Positions 9,301-20,349 of a stretch of 64,000 nucleotides of DNA are shown piece after piece; position 1 is the first letter of the stretch; every line of letters starts with the position of its first letter. The DNA lies in assembly GCA_964188305.1 (NCBI GenBank), contig OZ076889.1; one strand, given 5' to 3'. Made by a program: the position numbers and the translations under genes. The notes beneath the pieces are model-generated. The model was not told the origin of the DNA, did not search any database, and saw only the letters and a program-made list of their open reading frames with translations. This stretch comes from Podarcis bocagei. Lineage: Eukaryota.

Positions 9301-12210
9301 TAAAGCCATCCAAGTTGATATCTTTCACTATCTCACGCAACAGTGAATGCCATAATTTAACAATGCCCTGCATGAAGAAGTATTTTCTTTTGCCTGCCTT
9401 GAGTCTTCATTTGAGGTCCCTGAGTTCTAGTGTTATGACAGAGGAAGAAATCAGAGTTGTATACCTGCATTTAAGTGTACTCTGGAGGCTGAAATGGCAG
9501 CAGGGAATGGGTTTGTTAGCAGCTGTGCTTCCTCTTAGTCCAAATCCAGAAATGAGGGCTAACCTCAACCCTATTAAATATACTTCCCTTTCGCCGTCTT
9601 CCCCAGTGGCTAATGTCACTGAAGGCTCCCCGTCTCAGCATGCCATTCATTTTCTTTCCCTGAGGAAACTTCAATTTAAAGCTATGTTTGCTGGAAATAG
9701 ACACTGTGTCTCAGCTTGATGCTATAATCCACCACTTGCTGGGCTAATTTGGGCTTCATTTGTTTGCTCAGCATTTTTAGCTGAATGTCATTTTATCTTG
9801 GTTTTGACTCTCTCCTTTCTCCATTTCTTCTTGCAGATGGCAGACTGTGGAGGGCTCCCTCAAGTCGTTCAGGTGAGCTCTCATTTTAGTGGGTCTCCTG
9901 CATCTTGTATGCTTTTAGGGGTATAAATAATGGCTATATTTATGTTTATGTTTATGCTTATATTTATATTTATTTTTTCAGCCTGGGAAACTGACTGAAG
10001 CCTTCAAGTATTTCGTGCAGGGAATGGGCTACAGTAAGTTATAACAACACTGACTTATTTCACAGAGGGCAGGATTGGGAATTACCTGTCATTCAGACCC
10101 CACTAGGCTGCTGATAGGTCTATTTTTTCCCCATTGAGACTTGGTGTTTTTCACTACTGGCCAATATGGGCCATGCATATTGCTGGACTTGGAAGAAGGT
10201 CTTCTCTGAACTGTAGGCATATTTGTCCAGATTCCCAGATTCCTTGATGAGTGGGTTAAATTGGGAGAGTTCCAGAAAGGAAAATGTTAATTGCCAAGGT
10301 CTATCCTGTGGTTAGGGACATGGGTGGCGCTGTGGGTTAAACCACTGAGCCTAGGACTTGCCGATCAGAAGGTCGGCGGTTCGAATCCCAGCAACGGGGT
10401 GAGCTCCTGTTGCTCAGTCCCTGCTCCTGCCAACCTAGCAGTTCGAAAGCACATCAAAGTGCAAGTAGTTAATAGGTACCACTCTGGCGGGAAGGTAAAC
10501 GGCGTTTCCGTGTGCTGCTCTGGTTCGCCAGAAGCGGCTTAGTCATGCTGGCCACATGACCCGGAAACTGTACGCCGGCTCCCTTGGCCAATAAAGCAAG
10601 ATGAGCGCCGCAACCCCAGAGTCGGCCACGACTGGACCTAACGGTCAGCGGTCCCTTTACCCTTTACCTTTACCTAATCCTGTGGTTAGATTGGCTGCCC
10701 TGTACTTGTATTCAAAACAGGATCAAGCCTTTTGCTACAGGTAACTTCATGGGGGGGGGGGGAATTCCTGCATCACCATCTTCCTGATCTGTGTGCCTGT
10801 AGCAAAAAGAAGGTACATTGCCAGAAATTAATTTTAGGGTTGGGGGAAAAAATCACTTGACATTTAAAGGCCCAAGAAAGTAGAAACTATATTTGCAGGT
10901 CATCTAGTGTGGTGTTAAGCACGTTGCCTGAAGTTCTACCATGTTGCAAATACTGAAAGACTGCGTGTTCAGGCTTGGTGCTCAAGCAGCGCACATTCTT
11001 CTAGGCATGTCATTCCTACACTAACCTGTATTTCCCATTCCCTCTCTTGTCTTTGCTTCCAGTCCCTTACGTGCAGCTCAGTCACCTGAGCACTGAGTCA
11101 GGTACCTACAAGTGTGTGGCTGGTTTGACTGAGTTACTTTTTTTTCTGATTCGTTACTCTGCTTCTAGCATGGCCTGGCGACATTTTGCATTCTTAGGCC
11201 ATCCCACTGTACGCTTCTTGCGCTACAATTTTCTTAGTGGTTTCATTTGCATTTGGTTGGCTGTTGCATGGTTCTGCAGCTCAGTGATGATCCAGGAGTA
11301 AAATCTATGATTCCTGGCTTCTTCTTCTTTTTTAAAACTACTATGTGAGCATAGTAGTTTATGCACTCTTATGCACACACAGAGAGGTGACTGCATTGCA
11401 ATGAGTCTTCGGCAGTTATGCACATCAAGCCTTAAGCATCCTCAATCATATGCGTGCATTTCATTTTCATACCTGAGAATGGAATCATATGCTAAAAATA
11501 AAACTGAATTCTCAACCCTGGAATTTCCTCATACATAGGTTTGCCATATGTTTGGAATTTCCGGAATACCGCTGTCTCTAGCAATGTCTGTCCAACAGCG
11601 TTGGGCAAAACTGCTGTCACTGTTTGAAATACGGCTACCCTATCATACAGCAGATGTGGGGGGGGGCACTTGCAAGTGGGAGGGGTACAAAATGAAAGCA
11701 CAACTAGGGAATGTGGGGGTGGAGCAGCTGGGTGGGATTGTATCTGCAGGGGAGGTTGGAGGGATTAAGCACCTATTCCCACCTGCTGTTTCTCCTTTAC
11801 ACCTCCCCCCACATTTGTTTCACCATGGTAAACATGGGTTTGGGAAACTTGCATTTGCCAGTGTAACCTTGCGCTATCGCCTTGGAGGCAGCTCCGAAAA
11901 GGTGATGCGTCCTTTTGTTTGTTTTCCTGCAGCACCACTCCCCCCCCTCCACTTTACGCTTCTTCCATTTCGAAGGCATTTTCTAGTAAGGTAAAACAAA
12001 ACTTGCTTATTTCTGGTCTTCACTGCCTCTCTCCTTCCAGTGCCATCTGCAAGTATGACCAGACTGATCCGCTCCCGGACCCAGTCGTCCTCCAGCGTTG
12101 GCTCTGGAGAGAGCAGCCAAACACGGTCTCAAGCCAGCAACCCAGGGGAGGCAGCGGCTGGAATTCCTGGAGCAGCTGGTGCTCCTCAGACTATGGAAGT
12201 ATCCTGCTAA
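242..12210 (+). CDS. NDRG3: NDRG family member 3, 5'-partial spliced CDS: join(242-362,1542-1604,1918-1978,3321-3407,4394-4450,5116-5219,5844-5909,7107-7158,9004-9051,9837-9872,9982-10033,11063-11101,12041-12210)
   Basis: The exons splice in phase to [34 protein letters not shown]...[29 protein letters not shown]...QTMEVSC*. The motifs [20 protein letters not shown] and the adjacency to SLA2 favour NDRG3 over NDRG1/2/4. All acceptors are AG; all donors are GT except one GC. Confidence 0.95.
676..1037 (-). mobile_element. Sauria SINE, full length
   Basis: (ACCTTT)n tail and tRNA-like head on -; 13-bp TSD ATATAATGTTGTA at 663-675 and 1038-1050; closely similar to the copies at 2274 and 10316. 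Confidence 0.88.
1542..1604 (+). CDS. NDRG3: NDRG3 exon ([20 protein letters not shown]) with GC donor
   Basis: tttcag|ATACC...CTGAG|gcaagt, 63 nt; the phase matches the next exon. Confidence 0.9.
1918..1978 (+). CDS. NDRG3: NDRG3 exon ([20 protein letters not shown])
   Basis: tttcag|TCTG...TGCA|gtaagt, 61 nt. Confidence 0.93.
2274..2624 (-). mobile_element. Sauria SINE
   Basis: Colinear with the 676-1037 copy over about 350 bp. Confidence 0.87.
3321..3407 (+). CDS. NDRG3: NDRG3 exon ([29 protein letters not shown])
   Basis: ttttag|TTG...AAG|gtagga, 87 nt. Confidence 0.93.
3627..4028. mobile_element. Tc1/mariner-type MITE (host of a nested hAT element)
   Basis: TIRs CCGTATTTTT..TATAAGAC / GTCTTATA..AAAAATACGG, flanked by TA. 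Confidence 0.75.
3708..3959. mobile_element. hAT-type MITE nested in the Tc1/mariner MITE
   Basis: TIR CAGGGGTCAGCAAAC / GTTTGCCTACTTATG; perfect 8-bp TSD GCCCAGAG at 3700-3707 and 3960-3967. Confidence 0.8.
4394..4450 (+). CDS. NDRG3: NDRG3 exon ([19 protein letters not shown])
   Basis: ttccag|TTT...CAT|gtaagt, 57 nt. Confidence 0.93.
5116..5219 (+). CDS. NDRG3: NDRG3 exon ([34 protein letters not shown])
   Basis: cactag|GAA...ACAG|gtacaa, 104 nt. Confidence 0.93.
5638..5773. mobile_element. Palindromic hAT-type MITE (GGGACTACAA.TCCCA family)
   Basis: TIR CAGGCACCCCCAAA / TTTGGGGATGCCTG, whole-length hairpin, 8-bp TSD AGTTAGGC at 5630-5637 and 5774-5781. Degenerate relatives lie near 8450, 20545, 24400, 39935, 45490, 47650, 51630 and 52200. 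Confidence 0.8.
5844..5909 (+). CDS. NDRG3: NDRG3 exon ([21 protein letters not shown])
   Basis: tcctag|CCGT...CTCAA|gtaagt, 66 nt. Confidence 0.92.
6190..6460 (-). mobile_element. CR1 LINE 3' fragment, degenerate
   Basis: Minus-strand translation resembles the CR1 ORF2 C-terminus ([26 protein letters not shown]...LEVFKRSL). Confidence 0.65.
7107..7158 (+). CDS. NDRG3: NDRG3 exon ([17 protein letters not shown])
   Basis: gtacag|GTGT...GTG|gtaagt, 52 nt. Confidence 0.93.
8630..8836 (-). mobile_element. L2-like LINE 3' end
   Basis: Reverse-complement match to the 61286-61605 element (GCCACTCTGGGCGGCTTCC; CTGAACAGGGCTGCCTTCAGATGTCTTCT). Confidence 0.7.
9004..9051 (+). CDS. NDRG3: NDRG3 exon ([16 protein letters not shown])
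   Basis: ttgtag|GTT...AAG|gtaacc, 48 nt. Confidence 0.93.
9132..9405 (-). mobile_element. CR1 LINE 3' fragment
   Basis: The ORF remnant [34 protein letters not shown] resembles the end of CR1 ORF2, followed by a TTCTTATG-type terminus. Confidence 0.7.
9837..9872 (+). CDS. NDRG3: NDRG3 exon ([12 protein letters not shown])
   Basis: ttgcag|ATG...CAG|gtgagc, 36 nt. Confidence 0.93.
9982..10033 (+). CDS. NDRG3: NDRG3 exon ([17 protein letters not shown])
   Basis: tttcag|CCT...TACA|gtaagt, 52 nt. Confidence 0.93.
10316..10676 (+). mobile_element. Sauria SINE, full length
   Basis: GGTGGCGCTGTGG A-box-like and GGTTCGAATCC B-box motifs, (TTTACC)n tail, TSD ATCCTGTGGTTAG at 10303-10315 and 10677-10689. 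Confidence 0.9.
11063..11101 (+). CDS. NDRG3: NDRG3 39-nt cassette exon ([13 protein letters not shown])
   Basis: ttccag|TCCCT...TCAG|gtacct; symmetric phase 1-1; the peptide matches my recollection of the long NDRG3 isoform insert. Confidence 0.85.
12041..12210 (+). CDS. NDRG3: NDRG3 last coding exon ([15 protein letters not shown]...QTMEVSC*)
   Basis: ttccag|TGCCA; NDRG-family C-terminal MEVSC followed by TAA at 12208-12210. Confidence 0.93.
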
Positions 12211-14745
12211 GCAAGCAACCATCTTCTGTATCCAGACAATCCCTCTTCTCCCCTTCTGAACCCACCCAGAATCCAGTGTTCACCCAAACATGTGGCATTA
12301 ATAAGTCCCCCTCCCAACCTTGTGCCTGCCCATCTTACTTGCCACCTTCTCAGCTATTTGTCTCTTTGGCATTATGTTCTGAATCTTTTCTTTTTTCCCT
12401 GCATTGGCTCCAGAAACATAGGCTGTGTACAGACGTTCCTGAAAACAGGAGTGGGCTTGTGGGCCTTTGGGGTGGGGAGGGTTGGTTGTGCAGGGTGAGC
12501 GCCTTTGCTGACACACAATCCAGAGCAGTCTCTCTCTCTCCTTTCTCACCACACGGCCGCCATGTTTCAGGTGAGCTGTCTGCTTTGCGTTTATTCCGCA
12601 CCACCACCGCTCCCGGCCTTCACACGTCACCTGCTTCTTGTGATGTTTAGCATTTCGACAAAAAGGATTTTACTGTGCGGGTATTTGCTCGGTCTTGGTT
12701 GTTGTTTTTTTCCTCTTTGGAACATGCTCTGAGAAAGTGGGGAGGTTTCATGACTCAGCCATGGCTGTCAGCTAATCGGCGCTGCACAGAGCAATGCTTT
12801 GGGTGGGTGGGGAACATTTATGAGTGACTCAAGGGCTGGCCAATCAGTGCTGTGCTAATCTAGCTTCTACTCAAACTGGAAAAGCAGAATCCTCCTGAGC
12901 TCAGACTGTGTGTGTGTGGCACAAGGGTGGCAAGTGAGCTTCCCCAGCGCGCTCGTCACATCTGTACGCATCCATTGCACTAACATTCCATTGGTGCTAA
13001 CGGAGAGAGTTACTGTATATGTTGGTGCCATTCCTTCCTCCCCCCCCAGCCCCGATTCCTGTGTTGTCAAACCATGTGAAAGTGGTGGGTCTCCTGTTTT
13101 GTTTTGAATCCAAATAATTTCTGTGGCTTGTGCACTTAGAACTGCTTTCTAGTTGTGCTTCTGCTGAAGGTTATTAGGGCTCTTGGCTGCAGTCTTTACA
13201 ATGTCTTTGGGGCAGGGGTGAAGATTCAGTGTTTTAAAACTTCAGGGGTGGGTGGGTCTTGAATCCTGCACTGTCTGAACTCTTGAGTGCATCCCAGCAT
13301 ATGCTGCATATTTTCACACTGTAGGGAAGTGTAAGTCTTTCATAGCTGAGGTGGTGAAAGGCATGCAAAAGGATCTCCTACCAGGGCTGCTGGGACACCA
13401 ATTAAAGAAAGAGCAAGGTTTCTCATGAGCTTAGCTCTCCCTGATGACAGTGTCCTATTCAGCAGTGTACAAGGGATTTTATACATTCTGCGGTAGCCAG
13501 AGTGCTGGGTTATAGAGGCTTGAGAAAGGGAGCTGGATTATATTTAGAATGACTGACTTCTGCCACCCTGGGGGTGGGCGGCGGGGGGACCAGTGCTTTC
13601 CCAAGCTGGAGGAGAAGAAGAAGAAGAGAGCAGTTGGCTTAAGATGTTCATACAAATATCTTACCCTGACTGTTTCATGATAGTGACTTGCACAATCAAT
13701 TACACCTGTTAGACAGCCACTCTCCAAAAATAAAATGAATTTTCCAAAATATATTTAATGGTTGAGTAAAGTGAACTATATATTAACTGAAAAACCATAG
13801 ATTTCTAAATCATTGATGGAGGATTGTTTTTTTCAGCCTAGGTCCCAGTAGTCACACAGTGTTCTATGGTAATAATGTCAATTTTGATGTAGCAGCAATT
13901 TTGATGTTCAACAACTGGGAAGTGTTTATTCTATATTTGCTAAACTTGCTGGACACTGATGCATTACAATTGCAATGCCAGTTCTATTAAAGTGTATGTA
14001 GTCCAATCCCACCCCCACCCCCATTTTCCTGGTTTAAAACTGGCATTCTGCAAACTTCCCTATTCACTGCTATAGCCTCCTCATGGGGAATCCCCAAGCC
14101 TTTTAATTATGAAACATGCTGTTTGCAATATGTGGGAATAATTTAGCAAACTGGTCAGTGGAGACTTCAAATTACGGTTTTGGACATCTGGAGGGACAGG
14201 CAAGCCAATTTTATAGCCTTTCCCCAAGCAGTTATGTTGCTACAAAAAATCTTGGGGTGCGGGTGGGACTATATTGGGTCTATGATTTGTTCTGCTTGCA
14301 TCATGCAGGCGTCTTGAGCTTGTATTGAGCTAAGGGAATGCATCTGTGTACTGTATAATGTAACAGTGTGCTCTGTTTAGGGCCTGTTTTTTATATATTT
14401 TTCATAGGCTGATATTAAATCTATTGTCTTGAAAAATTCAGCAGTCTTGATAGAAGTGGGTAGGTTTGCCCTGGGAGCTAGATAGTTCCCAGATTATATT
14501 GATCTCCTGAATTCGAAAGGTTGCTGCTTTTCTGCTTCCCGTTGGGTCACAGAAGACCAGAAGTGTGTGATTTCTGATCTGATAAGAGGGTGAAATAATT
14601 GCTGATGTGCTGCTGACTTATTCATAATACGGTGGCAGAATATACTTGGCTCATGGGGCCAAGATCCTTGGAAAAACCAAGTTCAGCTCTGTTTCAAATA
14701 GGGAACCGGAAGATTCTGCTTGGGAGGGAAAATTCGTACCAATTA

Positions 14746-14751
14746 AATAAA
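14746..14751 (+). terminator. Candidate NDRG3 polyadenylation signal AATAAA
   Basis: AATAAA followed by a GT/T-rich tract (tgtggctctgtgtgtttatt). Alternatives are AATAAA at 13729-13734 and ATTAAA at 13986-13991. Confidence 0.4.
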
Positions 14752-15151
14752 GCTATAATCGAGTCTCATTGTTAATGTGGCTCTGTGTGTTTATTCCAAG
14801 TTTGGACTAGTCTATTAATTTCCAGAGCTCAGAACTATCAGATTTTGTCATCAAATGACTTGGTCATCAAATGAAACAGTGAGTTTCTCCAGTGTTCAAA
14901 AACACAAAACCCTGATGGACAGCATAGCTAGTGTCCTGTCAATGTTTCTATGCAGTGCATATATTTTTGAGTCGTTTTTGAGTGCCATGGTAGAGAGACT
15001 GAGGTGTAGATAATATTAAAAAATCAAAGAGACACAAGTTGTGTAGTTATAGCATGTAAATTTCATCCAGAATTTTGAGATTGGGGTGGTGGAGGGAAGA
15101 GTATGAACAAATGAAGGGTAACACGGTACTGAAAGTCCCCTTGCCCTACAG

Positions 15152-15463
15152 CAGGGATGTCCAACCGGTCGACCGCTATTGACAGGTCGATCCCCAGATG
15201 ATAGTGGTAGATTGATGTTGATCGCGGAGGCCCTTCCCTCCACGGGGGGGGGGGAGAGAGCATCTGGGCCAGCCCACTTGTTCTTCCCTTCAATGGCACA
15301 CGACTGCGAAAACAAAACTAAAAAAAGCTCAACAATTTTGGCCTGCTCCCCAAAAAGCTTAACAACTTTGGGTTCGCCCCCCCCCCAAATGTGTAGATCA
15401 CTGCTGGATTCCCACCCCCACCCCCGGAGTAGATAGCAGCCTCTTGGGAGTTGGACGTCCCTG
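15152..15463. mobile_element. hAT-type MITE
   Basis: TIR CAGGGATGTCCAAC / GTTGGACGTCCCTG; 8-bp TSD CCCTACAG / CCCTACGG. Confidence 0.8.
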
Positions 15464-17759
15464 CCCTACGGAAACTGCTCTTTCCCAGACTACTCATGAC
15501 GTTTCATATTTTGTTCTGAGCTGGAACCCATGGTTATGAGGCAGATCAGTAGTTACAACACCAAAGATAATTCTAAGCGAGCATATTGTTCTTACTGAGG
15601 CCTTATGAGTCCACACACACACACCCCACTGTTCCCACCCTGTTGGCCTGAAGAATGTGGATCTTAAAGGGCTACATCTAGAAAATAAGTGTTAATCTCT
15701 CTTTCAGTGGCCTCCCACCTGATGCACTCCCCATATTGTTGGGCTGGCACAGTGCAGGAGGCAGCTATTTAAGATTCCTTGCTTGGACTCCGTGAGCTCA
15801 AGGCCAGCACCAGTACAGCTGCTCCAGACTTAGCCAGCTCACCTTTGGACTCATGCCCAAGGCTATGACACCATCTTGACCTAGTACAGTCCCCATTCAT
15901 AAACTTTAGTATTTCAGTTTGGGCAAGTACCAGAAATGTGAAAGAAACAAGGCTCTGTTGGGTCCTTTAAGATGTGGAGAGATCCATGAGGTATGCAGGA
16001 AAGTCCTTTAAAAAAGAAAAGCACACTGGTTTCTCCACCCCCACCCCCCAAAAAAAATTGCACATGGACAACAGAAAGCAGCATGCACTAGGAGTTATGC
16101 TGCCGCCGTGGGGGTGGGGGTGGGCAAAGACCTTCTGGGGGAAATGTCCTCAGGTGGGTGTGGTTTTCTCAGAGATCCCTGACTCTCCCCCACCTCCAGA
16201 TCTTTTATATTGCGCAAGAGAATTTCCCCAAAGAGTGGTTTCTGTAACTAAAAAGCAACAAATTGAACAAAAGGGTGAGCAAAAGTAATTCTCACATGAG
16301 AGTATGGCTCTCTCTGCTTGGGACAGCATTAACATGGAACTTCTTAAGCATAGTAAATTCTTCGAGACAGAGTTAACAAAACCATTCCTGCTGCTGAAAT
16401 GTGTACACTCGCTATTTACAATTAGAGTTGCTTGTCTCTTAACACACACCATTACAGAATTGATAGTACCAGAGGTCTAACACCTGGAATGATCCGCTAA
16501 TGTACATATGATGTATATACCATATGGAGAAGCATTGTGGAGGTTTCAGGTTTCTTGATCAAAATGATTTTGAGTGGCTGTTTTGAATATGTTATGAATA
16601 TATGTCTGACACCTTATCAACCCAGATTCCTCCATCTACTTCTCAATGTGCCCTTGTGACCTTTGGGTGCTGCCCACGCAAATGCAGCCTCACGTTATTC
16701 TGAGGGTAGCTTTGTGACGTCTTTGCATACATAATACTTATGACTAATACTGCCAGAAAGCTCCACTTGTCCATGGAAGATTTTTTTTTAATATAAAAGA
16801 AATCTACATTGGACATCTAAATTTCCTGATGTAGCAATCTGGGGGCTGTGACTAGTTGAACAGGAACATCAGGGAACAAAGTGCTTCATCGGGATCTCTA
16901 AATACAGAGAAATACGAGTGCTCATGGAAAATGTTCATGATGTTCGCTACTCACGTTACTTTCCATGGGACTGAGGAAACTGCAGAGGTGTTTTCAGAAC
17001 TACATCTCATGGTAAGAAAACAACTTGAAAATAGTTGGATAAAATTGTTACTATACCATCAAGTATTGCCCTGAAAGAGCAGAAAATAGGTTTATTCCAC
17101 TGACCGCTTGCTCCACTTTTGTTTCACCCATTGTTTGTTTTCATGAGGCGTTTGGTTGGTTGTGAGGTCTATACTCACCACCAGCTGGAGATGGTGGTGG
17201 TGATAGGAGTTTATTTTAGGCTGCTGTGAAAGATACAATCTCATAAATGGCAGGTAGGCAGGAACTTAATAGTACTGAGGCCTCCTGTCACATGAAAGTT
17301 TGTATAAGCTCTAACCAACCAACTGCATTGCTTAAGGACCAAAGTAGGGCTGTTGCTGTCATTATTTACTGGATTTATATCCAGTCCTCCCCTCCCCAAG
17401 GAGCCCAGGGAGGCAAACAGATGTACCATTTAAAAACAAAGCAAAAGCATTCTAAAACATATTAAAGCATTCTAAAAGCAATTGAAAACATTCATTCATC
17501 CAATGATCTTAAAGCAGTATTCTTCGGCCACCAAAAGAGACTTCAGGGCAGGTATGCCACCTCCACATCTGTGCCCTTTGGTTCTCTAAACTGAACCACC
17601 ACCACTACACAAGACACTTTCTGGATTTAAAACTTGCAGTGTGTACCTGTCTGTCTGGATTCTAAAACAATGATGTCCCTTTGGGGGACAAGAAAGGCCA
17701 TTCTCCATAATTGACCACCCGTCCACAGGTAGTATCTACCCTGCTACAATTACCTGACT

Positions 17760-18125
17760 CTAGTCTGTGGTAAAATAAAGTCAAACAGTGTTGTAGAAAC
17801 ATCTGTTTTCTGTGTGGTTTCCTCCCCCCCCCCTTTTTTGTCACACCAACCATTTTTCCACTTACGTCAAAAGGAAATTGAGCAGCTTGTGGGTTCTCGA
17901 GATTCAGCTCTTCTCAAGAACATGCAGTCAAACAACAGGAGCAGCACAAACTCACCGGCTGTTGGCTTAAGCTGTGCTTCAGGGAAGAAGGGCCAAGAGG
18001 ATTCTGCTGCTTGGATTTTACTTGGGTACTTGTGTACAGAACAAGAGGGCAGCCTGTTGCTTGGAAGATGCTGCAGCAAGAAATCCAAACTACTGAAGAG
18101 CACTGAATGCAGAGAATCTGGTCAG
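17760..18125 (+). promoter_or_regulatory. Candidate SLA2 promoter and first non-coding exon
   Basis: Cluster of RUNX TGTGGTTT overlapping TTCC (17813-17822), TTACGTCA (17862-17869), AGGAAA and TTC-N4-GAA (17911-17920), ending in a donor CAG|GTGCGT at 18125, 2.1 kb upstream of the SLA2 ATG. Confidence 0.4.
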
Positions 18126-20240
18126 GTGCGTTTATCTTTGGACACTGTTCATTAAAGGAATAGGTCTGGATTTGTGTTGGTGCATCCCTATGTATTGAGA
18201 GATGCGACCCGGTGTTCTGACTCCTATCCAAAAACGATTACAGCCAGGGGAACTGGGGTTGGGCTCCACCCTACCAACTGTCCTCAAGGGTCCTGTTTTG
18301 CAAGAGAGCTTCTTACTTCTTGTCGCATCACCATCTTGCTGTGATTTCTGAAGAGCCTGTGGCCATTTGGTGCTGGGATAGACAGGTGAGTGGTGCTCAC
18401 AGTCGCATCACTGGGAGCAGGAGGAACTGTTATGGAGCTAGAGACCACGATGCTTTTGAGAAATGGAACCAAGGGTTTGGCAAATTTTATGGTGATAGTA
18501 GTAGAAGACTGGTGGGGCAAAGAGGCCACTGTAGGTGAATAAATGCTTTGCTGAAGTGTGCTTCATTGTAGGATTAAGATAAGTAGGAGAATAGTGAAAG
18601 AGGAGCCTTGAATGTCCCTGGTACCACGGTGGAAACCATAGAAGTGTGAAGAGTAACCATGAGGCTTTGTCCACTAACAGGAAACGGCAATACAGGTTAA
18701 CTTTAGGAAAGCTTTTTTTAATTGTTGGGGCGGATAGCTATGTTACTGGCCACCAGGGCTGAGATCCAGAACTGATGTTTGTTGCCTGGTTATACTGAGT
18801 ATGGACTTAAACTCTACTCAAAGATTCTTTCTTTTATCAATAGGTAATTGTTTAGCTTTCAAGCTGTGGGTGAGACATAAGTTTCAAAGATAGTGGAGCC
18901 ATTACTTCCAAACACGATTAGCCAGTGCATATTGTAACCAGGTTAGAAATGGATGGTATCTTAACACTGCCATCCTAGGCATGTGCTCTCAGCAGTACAG
19001 TCCAAACTGATTTGCAAAGTACTTGGGAGCACATCAAACTTATGGCTAAGGCAATAAGTTCCATCTTTTCAAATGAGTGTGACATGTCCTAACTTGGCTG
19101 TGTTTTGTACTGCAGAGATTCTTCATCTGTTCACCTCTACTGTAGGATAGTCTTTACTGAAGAGTGTTAATCACCCCCTACTGGGCAACTCAAGGCTGGA
19201 TTAAAGTGGTTGGGGGTTCCTACAGCAGTTTCCCAAATATGGCCCCTCTTATCCAAAAAATGAATGCATAAAGTAAGGAAATACATAGAATTGTAGAGTT
19301 GGAATGGATTCCAAAGGTCACCTAGTCGAGTGTCATGCCCTACTGACTGAGCTATCAGATACCTAAGACTAAGCAATTTATTGTTGCATAAGCTTTCATG
19401 GACTACAAAAGCACCACCACAACACTCTGAGCAAGTGTAGTTTCATTTTTAAACTTGCTTCTCATGGTTTTTGCTCACTTTTGCCCACCAACTTACTTCA
19501 CATGGCTAAAGATACAAAAGAAGGCAAGGGAGGGCTCAGTGCTAGCATCCTAGACATCCAATTTTGTTTCCTTTAACTAGGATGGTGTACCTTGTACTAT
19601 AAAGATCCATATTTTTCTTGGTACTGCAGTCTTGCAGAGTAGTACAACTCCAAAGCTTCAGTCCTTCTTAATCTAGCCTGGCTACAATGCTTTACAGAGG
19701 CATAACTCCTACTTGTTTTCACAGGCCAGGCCAGCTTATGTCCTCATGACCCCTCTGATTTTGAGTCTTTTTCCAGGGTTAACTAATTCTTCCTTGGGCT
19801 ATTAATGTTAACTTCCCTAGTGGACTCAAACCAATAACCAAACCAATGATGAAGCCAGTAACATCTTACAGAGGCAGCAAATGGCTTCTTGCCTCTTTCC
19901 CTAACGCAATGCAAGGACACTTCAAACACTTGGCAGATAACTGAGTTCAGAGCAAATGATGGATAATGGCTGATAGAAGAGGTCCTTTGGAGCATGTGAC
20001 TGAGTGGAGCCAAGGACAGAGGACTCCAAGCTGGGAACCTAGATCAGCATTTAGTTTTAGCATGTAGAAAAAGCTCTTATATCATTGGTGAGCAACTGAA
20101 TGGAAGCTCAATGGGAGGCTCGATGCAACCTTGAAGTTGATGCTGATGACCCTCTGTTTTCTCTCTTGTTAAAAGGTCTCTCTCAGTACTGTGCTTTTAG
20201 ACCACTATTACTTAAATCTACCAGCTGACGGCAGACTGTG

Positions 20241-20349
20241 ATGGGAAGTTTGCCCAGCAGGAGGAAGCAGACTGCTACTCAGCCAAGCCCACAGTCCAAC
20301 GTAGAGAACAGCCAGGCCCTTGGCCTCAGCCGTGGTGTCAGGCCACAAG
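20241..20349 (+). CDS. SLA2: SLA2 first coding exon (MGSLPSRRKQ...)
   Basis: ATG at 20241; donor AAG|gtggga (a weaker same-phase donor is possible after 20334). Confidence 0.8.

Noticed and set aside
11919-12650. 243-aa ORF overlapping the last NDRG3 exon and 3'UTR
   Set aside because: It has a non-ATG start inside an intron and no recognisable domain, and neither adjacent exon supplies the phase needed to enter this frame.
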